This document shows positions 18,697 to 27,354 of a stretch of DNA of 64,000 nucleotides, piece after piece. The notes below the pieces were generated by a model. That model was not told the DNA's origin, did not search any database, and saw nothing but the letters and a program-made list of their open reading frames with translations. Numbering within the stretch: position 1 is the first letter of the stretch; every line of letters starts with the position of its first letter. This DNA is from Candidatus Latescibacterota bacterium (GTDB taxonomy: Bacteria > Latescibacterota > UBA2968 > GCA-2709665). A program made the position numbers and the translations under genes. The stretch lies in NCBI GenBank assembly GCA_965203805.1, contig OZ241917.1, forward strand, positions 1,920,001 through 1,984,000, written 5' to 3'.

Positions 18697-20934
18697 TCAA
18701 AAAGCATAGTTGATGCCAAGCGTGGGTACGATCGGCAGCATCTTCACGACCTCGGGATCGACATTGACGGCATCCGGATCGAACTGGACGAACCATTCGT
18801 TGCGCCGGCTGTAGACGTTGAACACCTGAATATAGGCCTCCGCATCGGTTCGGAAAATCCGGAATCCACGTTTGATGCTCAGGTCCAGCCTGTGATAGGG
18901 CAGCAGCCGCGCGCTGTTCCGGTCGGCCGGCAGCGCATAGCTCTCGATTCCCGCTTCCGGCTCGGCCGGCGTCCTCAGCCTGTATACCGCCGACGCCGGC
19001 GTGAACGCCTGCCCCGTCGCGTATAGCAGATTGGCCCCGAAGGTCCACCTGCCAACCCGCCAGTTGCTCACGAATGAGAGATCATGCCGCCTGTCGTACT
19101 TGGGTGAAAACCTCTTTCCTCGGTTCAACTCAGCGAACCGCCGCCGCGTCCATCCCAGCGTATATCCGATCCACCCGGTGACCGATCCCGTACGCCGCTG
19201 CAGGAAGAACTCAACGCCGGCGGCGACGCCGGTCCCGCCGCTCACGAACGTGTCTTCGGAGGTACCCGCATCGGAGCCGACGGCGACGTTGTTGTCGAAT
19301 AAAACCAGGTTCGCAAAATCCGTACAGTACGCTTCCATCGTCAGTTCATACCGCTTCGACGGTTCCCATTCCAACCCCGCGACGCCCTGCCAGGAACGGC
19401 CCGGCTCCACGGTCCGGTCGAGAGGGACCCAAACGTCGCCGCCGCTGAAAACCTCCGTGGTCACGAGCTGGATGTACTGCCTGTATGATCCGGCGCCCAC
19501 CTTCAGCTTCAACGTCGGCGCGAACCCGTGGCTGAGGGCGAACCGGGGTTCGGCGTGAAACCGGCTTCCCTCGCTGAAATAGCTGGCGCGCGCGCCCAGC
19601 CTGACGCTGGTCTCCGCGCGCGGCTGCCACAGGTCCTGCGCATATGCCGACAACAGAATCGGCTTTTCGCGGATATCCAGCTGATCGACCCGATTGAAAC
19701 TCTGCCGGTACGCGAAGTCATACCACGTGGCAAGGAATCCGGAATTCAGGGAATGCCGGCTGCTCGCAAAAAAGTCCAGATCGCCTTTGATGGTTATATC
19801 CCGGATCCCGTTGGAAAACAGGATTGGAGTCTCGATCGCACGCACTTCAGTGTAACTGTCGTATTTGCTTCCCGATACCACGAGATTTCCGAAAACCGCA
19901 GGAGAGAACACGTGGGTCCATCGGCCCGTAAAGGCCGTATTTCCCCATCGTACGTTGAAAAAGCTCCCATCCTCAAATTCGAAATTCAAGTCGTCGCGTC
20001 CGAAGTATCCACTGAACATCAGCCTGTCGCTGTCCGCGAAATCCTGATTGAACTTTGCGTTCGTATCGTAGAAATAGTAGGTAGGCACTTCGGTGTCTTC
20101 GTCCCTTATCAAGGAGAGTACCGGTTCCAGATACGTCCGCCGTCCGGAGACCATCCAGGACCCGTTCCCGGCCGGTCCCTCCAGGGTCATTCGCGCGGAG
20201 ATCAGGCTGATCCCCCCCGTTCCCTCGAATCCCTTCCGGTTGCCGTCTCGGTTGCGCACGTCCAGAACGGACCCCAGCCTCCCGCCGTATTGGGCAGGAT
20301 AGGCGCCTTTGTGCAGGCTCATATCCTTGATGGCGTCGGGATTGAACGTGGAAAAGAAGCCGAATGCGTGCGTCGGGTTGTACAGCGGGATCTGATCGAG
20401 CAGGATCAGCGTCTGGTCCGGTCCGCCGCCCCGGATATACAACCCGCTGCTGAAATCCGAAGCCGCCTGTATTCCGGGCAGCAGCTGAAGGCTGCGCAGG
20501 AGGTCGGTCTCACCGACGGCGGGCAACTCCTGCAACTGCGCGGTTTCCAGCGTCACAAAACCCGTCTGCACGTTCCGCTCCGCCTCGTGGGGGTCCGCTT
20601 CAACCACGATTTCCCGGGTCAGAATCGGTTCGGGGACCAACTGCACATTCAACTCCCGAAGCTCTGTCCCGGAAAATCGAAGCGTGTCAACATAACTCCG
20701 GTAACCGATGTAGGTGACGACGAGTGTGTATTCGCCGGGGGGGATATGCTGGACCGCGTAGTAACCGTCCACGTTGCTCAGCGCGCCCAACGGCGAGTCG
20801 CCCCCTTCCAGGACCACGTTCGAGTAGGGGAGCGACTCCCCGTTCGTGCCGTCCGTGACGAATCCGCTCAGCGTCGCGGCCCACAGGCTGCCGGGAAAGA
20901 GAAATGCCAGTATCATAATGCGCATTGCGTACAC
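18697..20934 (-). CDS. TonB-dependent receptor with carboxypeptidase-regulatory-like N-domain
   Basis: LSGFVTDGTNGESLPYSNV, plug LQLLPGI..YIRGGGPDQ, AQYGGRLGSVLDV, RLLPYHRLDLS and C-terminal Phe; GGAGG RBS before GTG. Confidence 0.93.
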   Translation of the reverse strand: MYAMRIMILAFLFPGSLWAATLSGFVTDGTNGESLPYSNVVLEGGDSPLGALSNVDGYYAVQHIPPGEYTLVVTYIGYRSYVDTLRFSGTELRELNVQLVPEPILTREIVVEADPHEAERNVQTGFVTLETAQLQELPAVGETDLLRSLQLLPGIQAASDFSSGLYIRGGGPDQTLILLDQIPLYNPTHAFGFFSTFNPDAIKDMSLHKGAYPAQYGGRLGSVLDVRNRDGNRKGFEGTGGISLISARMTLEGPAGNGSWMVSGRRTYLEPVLSLIRDEDTEVPTYYFYDTNAKFNQDFADSDRLMFSGYFGRDDLNFEFEDGSFFNVRWGNTAFTGRWTHVFSPAVFGNLVVSGSKYDSYTEVRAIETPILFSNGIRDITIKGDLDFFASSRHSLNSGFLATWYDFAYRQSFNRVDQLDIREKPILLSAYAQDLWQPRAETSVRLGARASYFSEGSRFHAEPRFALSHGFAPTLKLKVGAGSYRQYIQLVTTEVFSGGDVWVPLDRTVEPGRSWQGVAGLEWEPSKRYELTMEAYCTDFANLVLFDNNVAVGSDAGTSEDTFVSGGTGVAAGVEFFLQRRTGSVTGWIGYTLGWTRRRFAELNRGKRFSPKYDRRHDLSFVSNWRVGRWTFGANLLYATGQAFTPASAVYRLRTPAEPEAGIESYALPADRNSARLLPYHRLDLSIKRGFRIFRTDAEAYIQVFNVYSRRNEWFVQFDPDAVNVDPEVVKMLPIVPTLGINYAF

Positions 20935-21108
20935 CAGGAGGCCTCCATGCGCTCTGTACCGCCGAGCACTTGCATGACCGACGCCACTCAGACCGAGTTT
21001 CGGCTTCGTGCGTGTCCATTCAGCACTTCACGGGCTGAGTTGGTTTCTTTTGTGTTTTTGTGCCTTTTGCGGCAATTGCCTTTGCGCGTCAAACGGGTTC
21101 AGACGCAG

Positions 21109-21134
21109 AAAAACCCGGCGTTTTCGCCGGGTTT
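21109..21134 (-). terminator. Intrinsic terminator (possibly bidirectional)
   Basis: AAACCCGGCG-TTTT-CGCCGGGTTT perfect hairpin flanked by A/T tracts. Confidence 0.75.
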
Positions 21135-21260
21135 AATGGTTTTGGAACCCGTGCGCAGTCCGTTAGATCCGCCTCTGGAACGACCGGATCCCGACTGGAG
21201 TTCCAGGATTCCGTAACCAAGCTGCGTCTTCGGAATCCTAATTAGCCGACATATGCATGT

Positions 21261-22292
21261 TCAGGACACCCACTTCAGCAGGCGAAGCACGCCCTGTTTC
21301 ACGGGGTCCCGATGGATGGACCTCGCGCGCGCCCGGCCTGCCTCAGATCCATGCTCGACAAACCAGTCGTAAGCCTGGATCATCGTCTCCACGTTGCCGT
21401 ACCGGGGTCGCCAGCTAAGGTGTTTCATGGGCTCTGAGAGGTCGAAATAGAATGGCTTGTGGTAGGTCAGGTAGTGCCAGGGAGCGAGCGGGCAGATTTT
21501 CAGAACATCGAGGACCTTCAAGGCAGACACGGTCACGCCGACCGGCAGCCCCACGATTCCTGTCCTGCTGCCGGCATGCCTGACGGTTGCGGCCAGGTCT
21601 TCGCGCAGTGTCGAGTACCTCTCTGCGCCGATATTGAATACGCCCTGCGTCTCCCTCTCCGCGCCCAGCAACGCGGCCGTCACCAGGTCGTCGACATGAA
21701 TGAACTGGAACGGATTGTCGCCCTTGCCGACGACGTAGATGTTCCGGTTGTCGCGAATCCATTCGAACAGGATCTGAAAAATGCCCAGCCTGCCAGGTCC
21801 GAGGATGGTCCGCGGGCGAAGAACCAGGCTGGGCAACCCCTTGCGTCCGGCAGCCTGAACCTCCTGCTCCGCCGCAAGCTTCGCACGGCCGTAGGCCTCG
21901 ACCGGCGCGGGCGGCGTCTCACCGGTAATCGGACACGCGTCGGGGATGCCGAATACCGCCGAGGACGACATATGAATGAACAGCCGGACACCGGCGTCGA
22001 GCGCGGCATTTGCGGCAATCCTCGTACCCTCGACGTTGACGTCCCGGAACTCCGGGCCGGCCTTCGCCAGAGGCACCAGGGCGGCGTTGTGGTGCACAAA
22101 GCGCACTCCCTTCATCGCTCCCTGCACGTGCCGTCGATCGCGAATGTCGCACGCCACAAACTCAGTGCCGGGCGGACGGTCCGGAGAATCGACGACATCC
22201 AGAACCCTTACGCTCTCACCCTCGGCGCGAAGCCGGCGGACGATGTGGCTTCCCAGAAAGCCCGAGCCACCCGTTACCAGATGCATTGCCAT
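21261..22292 (-). CDS. NAD-dependent epimerase/dehydratase (3-beta-HSD-like extended SDR)
   Basis: TGGSGFLG, YGRAK and FQFIHVDDL motifs. Confidence 0.9.
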   Translation of the reverse strand: MAMHLVTGGSGFLGSHIVRRLRAEGESVRVLDVVDSPDRPPGTEFVACDIRDRRHVQGAMKGVRFVHHNAALVPLAKAGPEFRDVNVEGTRIAANAALDAGVRLFIHMSSSAVFGIPDACPITGETPPAPVEAYGRAKLAAEQEVQAAGRKGLPSLVLRPRTILGPGRLGIFQILFEWIRDNRNIYVVGKGDNPFQFIHVDDLVTAALLGAERETQGVFNIGAERYSTLREDLAATVRHAGSRTGIVGLPVGVTVSALKVLDVLKICPLAPWHYLTYHKPFYFDLSEPMKHLSWRPRYGNVETMIQAYDWFVEHGSEAGRARARSIHRDPVKQGVLRLLKWVS

Positions 22293-22879
22293 ACGGAAGA
22301 CCTGCCCTCACCGACGCCGCGAACGACCTCCCGCGCCAGTGCGAGAATCTCATAGACCATGTGCAAGGGCCTGACCCGATAGTACCAGAGGCGGTCGACA
22401 ATGCGTTCGTTGGAGAAGGCTCTGCAGGGAACCCGGTGGACCCGAGCGATTCTGAAGCCCGACCTGGCGAAACAGTAACGCGCCCTGTACGAATGGATAT
22501 CGGCGCATATCAGGTCGACAGGGCCCGGAGGCCATCGCCTGCGATCGAGAAGGTACCTGCGAAGCAGCAGCGCATTGCCGAACGTATCGACATAGCCGGA
22601 CGACGCATAGACGGGACAGTGAATCTGCAGGCAATCCGACCTGGCGTTCAGATAGTCCCGTGCGGCCTCCTGCTCGTGGACGGCGCCGCCGAACCGGTTC
22701 GCCGGCGCCAGATAAACGACGGAGTCCGTCGCTGCAATCGTCGCGACGTAGTCCAGCACCTGGCGAAAGACAAAACTTGGCTCGGAAAGGGTCCTTCCCA
22801 GGGCGTCTTTGGCCAGTCCTTCCGGCACGACAACCAGAGGCCTTCCCGTCAAGGCAGGAATCCCCGGTCGATACACCAT
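22274..22879 (-). CDS. Hypothetical protein, DUF218/YdcF-like
   Basis: VVVPEGL..S.VFRQVLD, YVDTFGNALLL, DIHSYRARYCF and YEILAL resemble the DUF218 pattern. Start is ATG 22879 or TTG 22852 (the latter overlaps the upstream stop). Confidence 0.6.
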   Translation of the reverse strand: MVYRPGIPALTGRPLVVVPEGLAKDALGRTLSEPSFVFRQVLDYVATIAATDSVVYLAPANRFGGAVHEQEAARDYLNARSDCLQIHCPVYASSGYVDTFGNALLLRRYLLDRRRWPPGPVDLICADIHSYRARYCFARSGFRIARVHRVPCRAFSNERIVDRLWYYRVRPLHMVYEILALAREVVRGVGEGRSSVWQCIW

Positions 22880-23892
22880 TTGATGGACCGTCGCATGCCC
22901 TCCTCCAGGCCGATCCGCGGACAATAACCGAGTTCCCGTTCGGCTTTTTCGATCGAACATGCAATCGTCTTGTTCATCTCCGACAGGACGTGCACCTCCT
23001 GCCAGTAAAATCCGGCGCGTTGTATGATCCAGTCGCAGGCAACGGCAAACTCACTGGCGATGGCGGGCAACCTCATCCGCCTGTGCGCCACGGGCAGGTT
23101 GAATTCATGCGCCAGGAGGTTTTCAATCGTGTCAACCGTCTGGTTCATCGTGTAGGGCGTCCGGTCGGCAATCCAGTAGGTCTGACCGTTTGCTTCATCG
23201 ATCCGGCCGGCGAGCAGAATGGCCTGGCAGAGATTATCTATATAGGTCATCGAACGCCGGTTCTCTCCCCCGCCGACGACGGGTACGCGCCCGTCCTGGA
23301 TCATCTTGAAGAACCGCGTCTGCCGCGGCGGCTGGCCCGGGCCGTAAAACCAGCAGGGTCGGAGAATCGTGGTTTCGATCCCGCCCGACTCATGCGCCGC
23401 ATTGACGAAATCCTCCGCCAGCTTCTTCGACTTGCCATAGTTCATGTATGGTCGATTCGGCGAATTCTCGTCGAACAGGCGATCGTTGTCGGTGTGATGA
23501 CCCGCCGGACTGTTGGATGAGATCATCACCAACCGCTTCACGCCATGCGCCAAGGCACAGTTGACGACGTTGCGTGCGCCGCCCGTGTTCACGTCGTAAA
23601 ATTCCCTGGCCCGCCTGGGATGAATGACACCGATGAGGTGAAAAAGTGTGGCGTCTTCGCATTCGGAAAAAAACGGCTCGAGGGAGGACGGGTCGCGCAC
23701 GTCACCTTCAACCACGCCGACCCTCGGGGAAAACCCGCGAAGTTCGTCCGAGTTCACGCCGTTCAATACCAGGCAGCGGATGCGGCGATCGGTATACGGT
23801 TCCGTGAGCGACGGCATGCACGGCAGTCCATTGACGATCGCATCGACCAGACGCGTGCCCAGCCATCCGGGCGCACCGGTAATCAGGATCAT
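22849..23892 (-). CDS. NAD-dependent epimerase/dehydratase (3-beta-HSD-like extended SDR)
   Basis: TGAPGWLG, YGKSK, LRPCWFYGP and RSMTYIDNL motifs. Confidence 0.9.
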   Translation of the reverse strand: MILITGAPGWLGTRLVDAIVNGLPCMPSLTEPYTDRRIRCLVLNGVNSDELRGFSPRVGVVEGDVRDPSSLEPFFSECEDATLFHLIGVIHPRRAREFYDVNTGGARNVVNCALAHGVKRLVMISSNSPAGHHTDNDRLFDENSPNRPYMNYGKSKKLAEDFVNAAHESGGIETTILRPCWFYGPGQPPRQTRFFKMIQDGRVPVVGGGENRRSMTYIDNLCQAILLAGRIDEANGQTYWIADRTPYTMNQTVDTIENLLAHEFNLPVAHRRMRLPAIASEFAVACDWIIQRAGFYWQEVHVLSEMNKTIACSIEKAERELGYCPRIGLEEGMRRSIKWCIDRGFLP

Positions 23893-23958
23893 GCGCGAGA
23901 CTTCCTTCCGTCCTTCACGTCCGGACTGCCCGGTTTCCCGGTCGGGCAGCAGGAGGCG

Positions 23959-24375
23959 TCAATCCACACGGGCACCCACCCACTCGCTCCTGTTGCAGGT
24001 GATGTCCACGACGTTTCCATCGGGATCCAGCACCTTGAACGAGACCGGCGGACGCACGTCAGGATCGACCTGGTTGCGCTCCTTCACGTTTTCTCTCACG
24101 ACTTCCGCACCCCACGCCAGAATGCGTTCCCAGGTCGCGTCCAGGTCTTCCACGACCACGCCGAAATGGATATATTCGTCTCCTTCCCGGAGCATCGGTC
24201 GATTCGAGCCCTCCGGCTGCTGGATCAACGTGATGTTATTCGTTCCGTCGCTCATATCCAGCGCATCGCCGTGGGCGCGGCGCGCGACAAAATGCCAGCC
24301 GATCACTTCCTCGTAAAACCGCCTGGACTGTTCCATATCGGCGCAACGGAGCGCCAGGTGTCTCAACAGACCCAT
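23959..24375 (-). CDS. VOC/glyoxalase family protein
   Basis: RHLALRCADMEQSRRFY, HFGVVV and DPDGNVVDI motifs. Confidence 0.88.
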   Translation of the reverse strand: MGLLRHLALRCADMEQSRRFYEEVIGWHFVARRAHGDALDMSDGTNNITLIQQPEGSNRPMLREGDEYIHFGVVVEDLDATWERILAWGAEVVRENVKERNQVDPDVRPPVSFKVLDPDGNVVDITCNRSEWVGARVD

Positions 24376-24453
24376 GGGTTCCCCCTATTGGCACTTCCTC
24401 GGACAGAAAATCCAACGTCTCCACGGATGAAAGACTCTAAATTGCCTGGCACC

Positions 24454-25434
24454 CTAAAGAACACCCGCTGCCCTGAGAACGGTTTCCTGCACGATCAACT
24501 CATGGTCCAGTGACCGGACCGGCGGTTTCCGGCCCCTGATCTCGGCAACCATCGAGCGCAAGCTTCTCACGTATCTCGGTTCGTTCGCCACGGGTACCGT
24601 CTGCCATCCCTCGCTGAAGCCGTCGCGGGCACCGTCCAGACAGAGGCGGACCTCGGGGTCGGGCTCGAGCGGCTCCATGACGATGCTCCCGCGTGTGCCG
24701 TATACCTCGAATCGGCGCGACGGAAACGCGGACACTTCCAATGAGGTCGACTCGACGATCGCCATCGCGTTTTCATATTCGAAGACCGCCGCGGTATTGT
24801 CCCTGAAAGCGGGCACGATCCCTCGCTCGTTCCTGAGAAACGACGTGACCCTGTCGGGCCGCCCCAGCACCGCCACGACGATATCCATGAGATGGCACAG
24901 CAACTCGAACAGAATGCCCCCTTTATGTACGGCCAGCGCCTCACGTCGATCGTCGGCAACCAGCGTCGACATCCGCCCCCTTACAGAGAACACGTCCCCG
25001 AGCCGGCCTGATTTCACGCAGTCCAGGACGAACTGAAACCCGGCGTTGTACCGGAACATATACCCCAGCTGCAGCAGCAGTCCCTTTTTTCGGGCCAGGG
25101 CGACCAGCGCCCGGAACGCCTCCCAGTCGTCTCCCGCGGGCTTATCCAGCCAGACATGCTTGCCGTGCTCCAGCGCCTCCCGGGCGAATCCCAGATTTTG
25201 TGCGATCGCCCCTTCAACCGCAATCGCCGCAATCGAGTCGTCTTCGAGCATCTCCTCGCGAGCGGCGTACCAGTTGACACCGCTGTACGCCTCCTGCACG
25301 CCTCTCGAGGCCTTCACGGACGGGTCCGGCTCATAGACGCCGCAGAAATGTACGTCCGGATCCGCCTTCAGTACCGCTGCTTTGCCCGCGGCGTGCGAAT
25401 GCTGAATTCCGTATTGCGCAAACCTGATTTTCAT
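24454..25434 (-). CDS. Gfo/Idh/MocA family oxidoreductase
   Basis: GKHVWLDKP, LGYMFRY, GGILFELLCHLMD and FEVYGTRG motifs; start at ATG 25434. Confidence 0.9.
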   Translation of the reverse strand: MKIRFAQYGIQHSHAAGKAAVLKADPDVHFCGVYEPDPSVKASRGVQEAYSGVNWYAAREEMLEDDSIAAIAVEGAIAQNLGFAREALEHGKHVWLDKPAGDDWEAFRALVALARKKGLLLQLGYMFRYNAGFQFVLDCVKSGRLGDVFSVRGRMSTLVADDRREALAVHKGGILFELLCHLMDIVVAVLGRPDRVTSFLRNERGIVPAFRDNTAAVFEYENAMAIVESTSLEVSAFPSRRFEVYGTRGSIVMEPLEPDPEVRLCLDGARDGFSEGWQTVPVANEPRYVRSLRSMVAEIRGRKPPVRSLDHELIVQETVLRAAGVL

Positions 25435-25509
25435 GGTTCCCCCTGCCCAGTCATATCGACCCGATTTCCGAACTGCTCCGCACAGCTTGCTCCGGGAGCA
25501 CCGGGACAT

Positions 25510-26550
25510 TCAGCGTGTTTGATCCCGGCGGCGCGCCTCGCCGCCCTCACCGAATCCCGGCGGAACGGCAGCCTCCCCGAACGGCGTCTCTACGCCCAGT
25601 TCCATCGCAACCCTCGCCAGATCCCGCTGGTGATCCGGACCGATTGGAATCCCCTCCACGGCCCAGCTGTGCTCCCGTTCCCATTCCAGCGCCCCCGGAA
25701 GCAACGCGCGGTCCTCGCCGGGAAACGGCAGGAGTGCTCGCACGGCAGCCACAAAGTCATCCATCTGCCGTTGAAACGTCTCCCTCGGCGCAAAGCCGGA
25801 AATATCCACTGCCAGGATGAACGACCCCTGGTTCACGGCCGGCCATTCCGCGCCCTGCTCGTCAAACGTCTGAATTCCCGCAAGCAGGCCTCCCAGTGCG
25901 TGACAGACCGCACCCAGACCGAGACTCTTGAAGAACGACGAAGGCATGCGTTGAAATACCGTTTCGAAGTCCGCGTTTCCGCCCAGCGCGACACCGGTTG
26001 ACATATCCAGCACGATCGGATGCTCCCCGCCCGATGGAATCGCAAAACTCATCGGCGAGGCGCCATTGGCCGACATGATTCCCTGTCCGGACGAGAAGCG
26101 CCGGACGTGCGACGACACGACAAACCCGGCCATTCCGGCGCCTGAAATGACCCGGGAATACTTGCCCGCGGCGCCAAAGTGGAAATGGTTGCGCGTGACG
26201 ACTGCCGCCAGTCCGGCGGCTCGAGCCTTTTCCACCGCGAGGTGGGCCGCCCGCCAGGAAGCAAAATGCCCCAGCCCGCCGTCGCCGTCGATCGTGCCCG
26301 TCGCCGGGGCCTGGCACACGACGGACACATCCGGGTTCGGATTCAGATCTCCGTCGCGCAGGAGAGGCAGGTAGCGCGCCGACTGCCGCGTCCCGTGGCT
26401 GAACACGCCGCGAATATCCGTACCCACAAGAAGCTCCGCGATCAGCCGCGCCCGGTCCACGGACATATCCACCCGTCGATACATCTCGAAAACAAACTCG
26501 CGCATGCGCTCCGGCATCACCCTCACGAATTCCACGGGAACGACGTTCAC
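25510..26550 (-). CDS. Ldh_2 family (malate/L-sulfolactate/ureidoglycolate dehydrogenase-like) oxidoreductase
   Basis: DIRGVFSHG, DGDGGLGH, RNHFHFGAAG and VLDMST motifs; GGAGG RBS before GTG 26550. Confidence 0.88.
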   Translation of the reverse strand: MNVVPVEFVRVMPERMREFVFEMYRRVDMSVDRARLIAELLVGTDIRGVFSHGTRQSARYLPLLRDGDLNPNPDVSVVCQAPATGTIDGDGGLGHFASWRAAHLAVEKARAAGLAAVVTRNHFHFGAAGKYSRVISGAGMAGFVVSSHVRRFSSGQGIMSANGASPMSFAIPSGGEHPIVLDMSTGVALGGNADFETVFQRMPSSFFKSLGLGAVCHALGGLLAGIQTFDEQGAEWPAVNQGSFILAVDISGFAPRETFQRQMDDFVAAVRALLPFPGEDRALLPGALEWEREHSWAVEGIPIGPDHQRDLARVAMELGVETPFGEAAVPPGFGEGGEARRRDQTR

Positions 26551-26575
26551 GCCATATCCCTCCTGGGGCCCGAGT

Positions 26576-27262
26576 CTACATGATCCCGAACCGGTCCCAC
26601 GCTTCTCTTGCGGACATTCCGCCTTCAATCGCCTCCCTGACCCGGTTCTCTCCCCTCACCTTGTCCAGCGCCCGGTGGATGGCGTCGGGTGCGGAATCGG
26701 ACGGGACGATCACCACGCCGTCCAGGTCGCCGAACACGATATCGCCCGGCGAGACCGCGGCGCCGTTTGAAAACGTGAGCGTACAGCGGAAGTCGACCAC
26801 GCGCCCCCGCACCCGCTGGTCCTGCGCGTACCGACCGGCGCAGAACGTCGGAAATTCCAATTCAAGTATGCCACGGGTATCGCGGCTGAATCCGTCCAGA
26901 ACGGCGCCCGCCGCGCCCAGCTTCAACGCCCTGGTACTCAACAGTTCGCCCCAGAGCGCGTAGGTGGGCGATGCCCCGGTACAGATATAGACGTCGTTCT
27001 CGGCCAGATCGTCGACCGCTTCGAACATCAGGCCGAACGCCCGGTTTCCGTCCGCGGAACGGTCGTCCGGTTCCGCATAATCGGCCTCAAGGACCGGCAT
27101 CGCCCTGCCCGCAACGACCATATCGTCGCGCAGCGGCTGAATCTCCGGCGGCAAGAACTGCCTGACCAGGCCCACCTTGTCCATCACGTCACCGACCACG
27201 GCGGTGAACAGTTCCCGCTTCATCAACTCGAAAAGACCCGCATCGTCGCGCCATTCAGCCAT
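26576..27262 (-). CDS. RraA/HMG-aldolase family protein
   Basis: TAVVGDVMD, ALWGELL, DGFSRD and PGDIVFGDLDGVVIVP motifs. Confidence 0.9.
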   Translation of the reverse strand: MAEWRDDAGLFELMKRELFTAVVGDVMDKVGLVRQFLPPEIQPLRDDMVVAGRAMPVLEADYAEPDDRSADGNRAFGLMFEAVDDLAENDVYICTGASPTYALWGELLSTRALKLGAAGAVLDGFSRDTRGILELEFPTFCAGRYAQDQRVRGRVVDFRCTLTFSNGAAVSPGDIVFGDLDGVVIVPSDSAPDAIHRALDKVRGENRVREAIEGGMSAREAWDRFGIM

Positions 27263-27354
27263 AACGTCGTTCTCCGGGACTCCCCGGCTGCCCAGTCAGG
27301 ACCGCGCGTGGAAACCACATCCGGAATCGCACCGGGAATTCCGGAGTCAACTGC

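Noticed and set aside
20935-21260. Cobalamin or other riboswitch upstream of the TonB receptor
   Set aside because: No B12-box or other aptamer consensus found; only a terminator and short hairpins.
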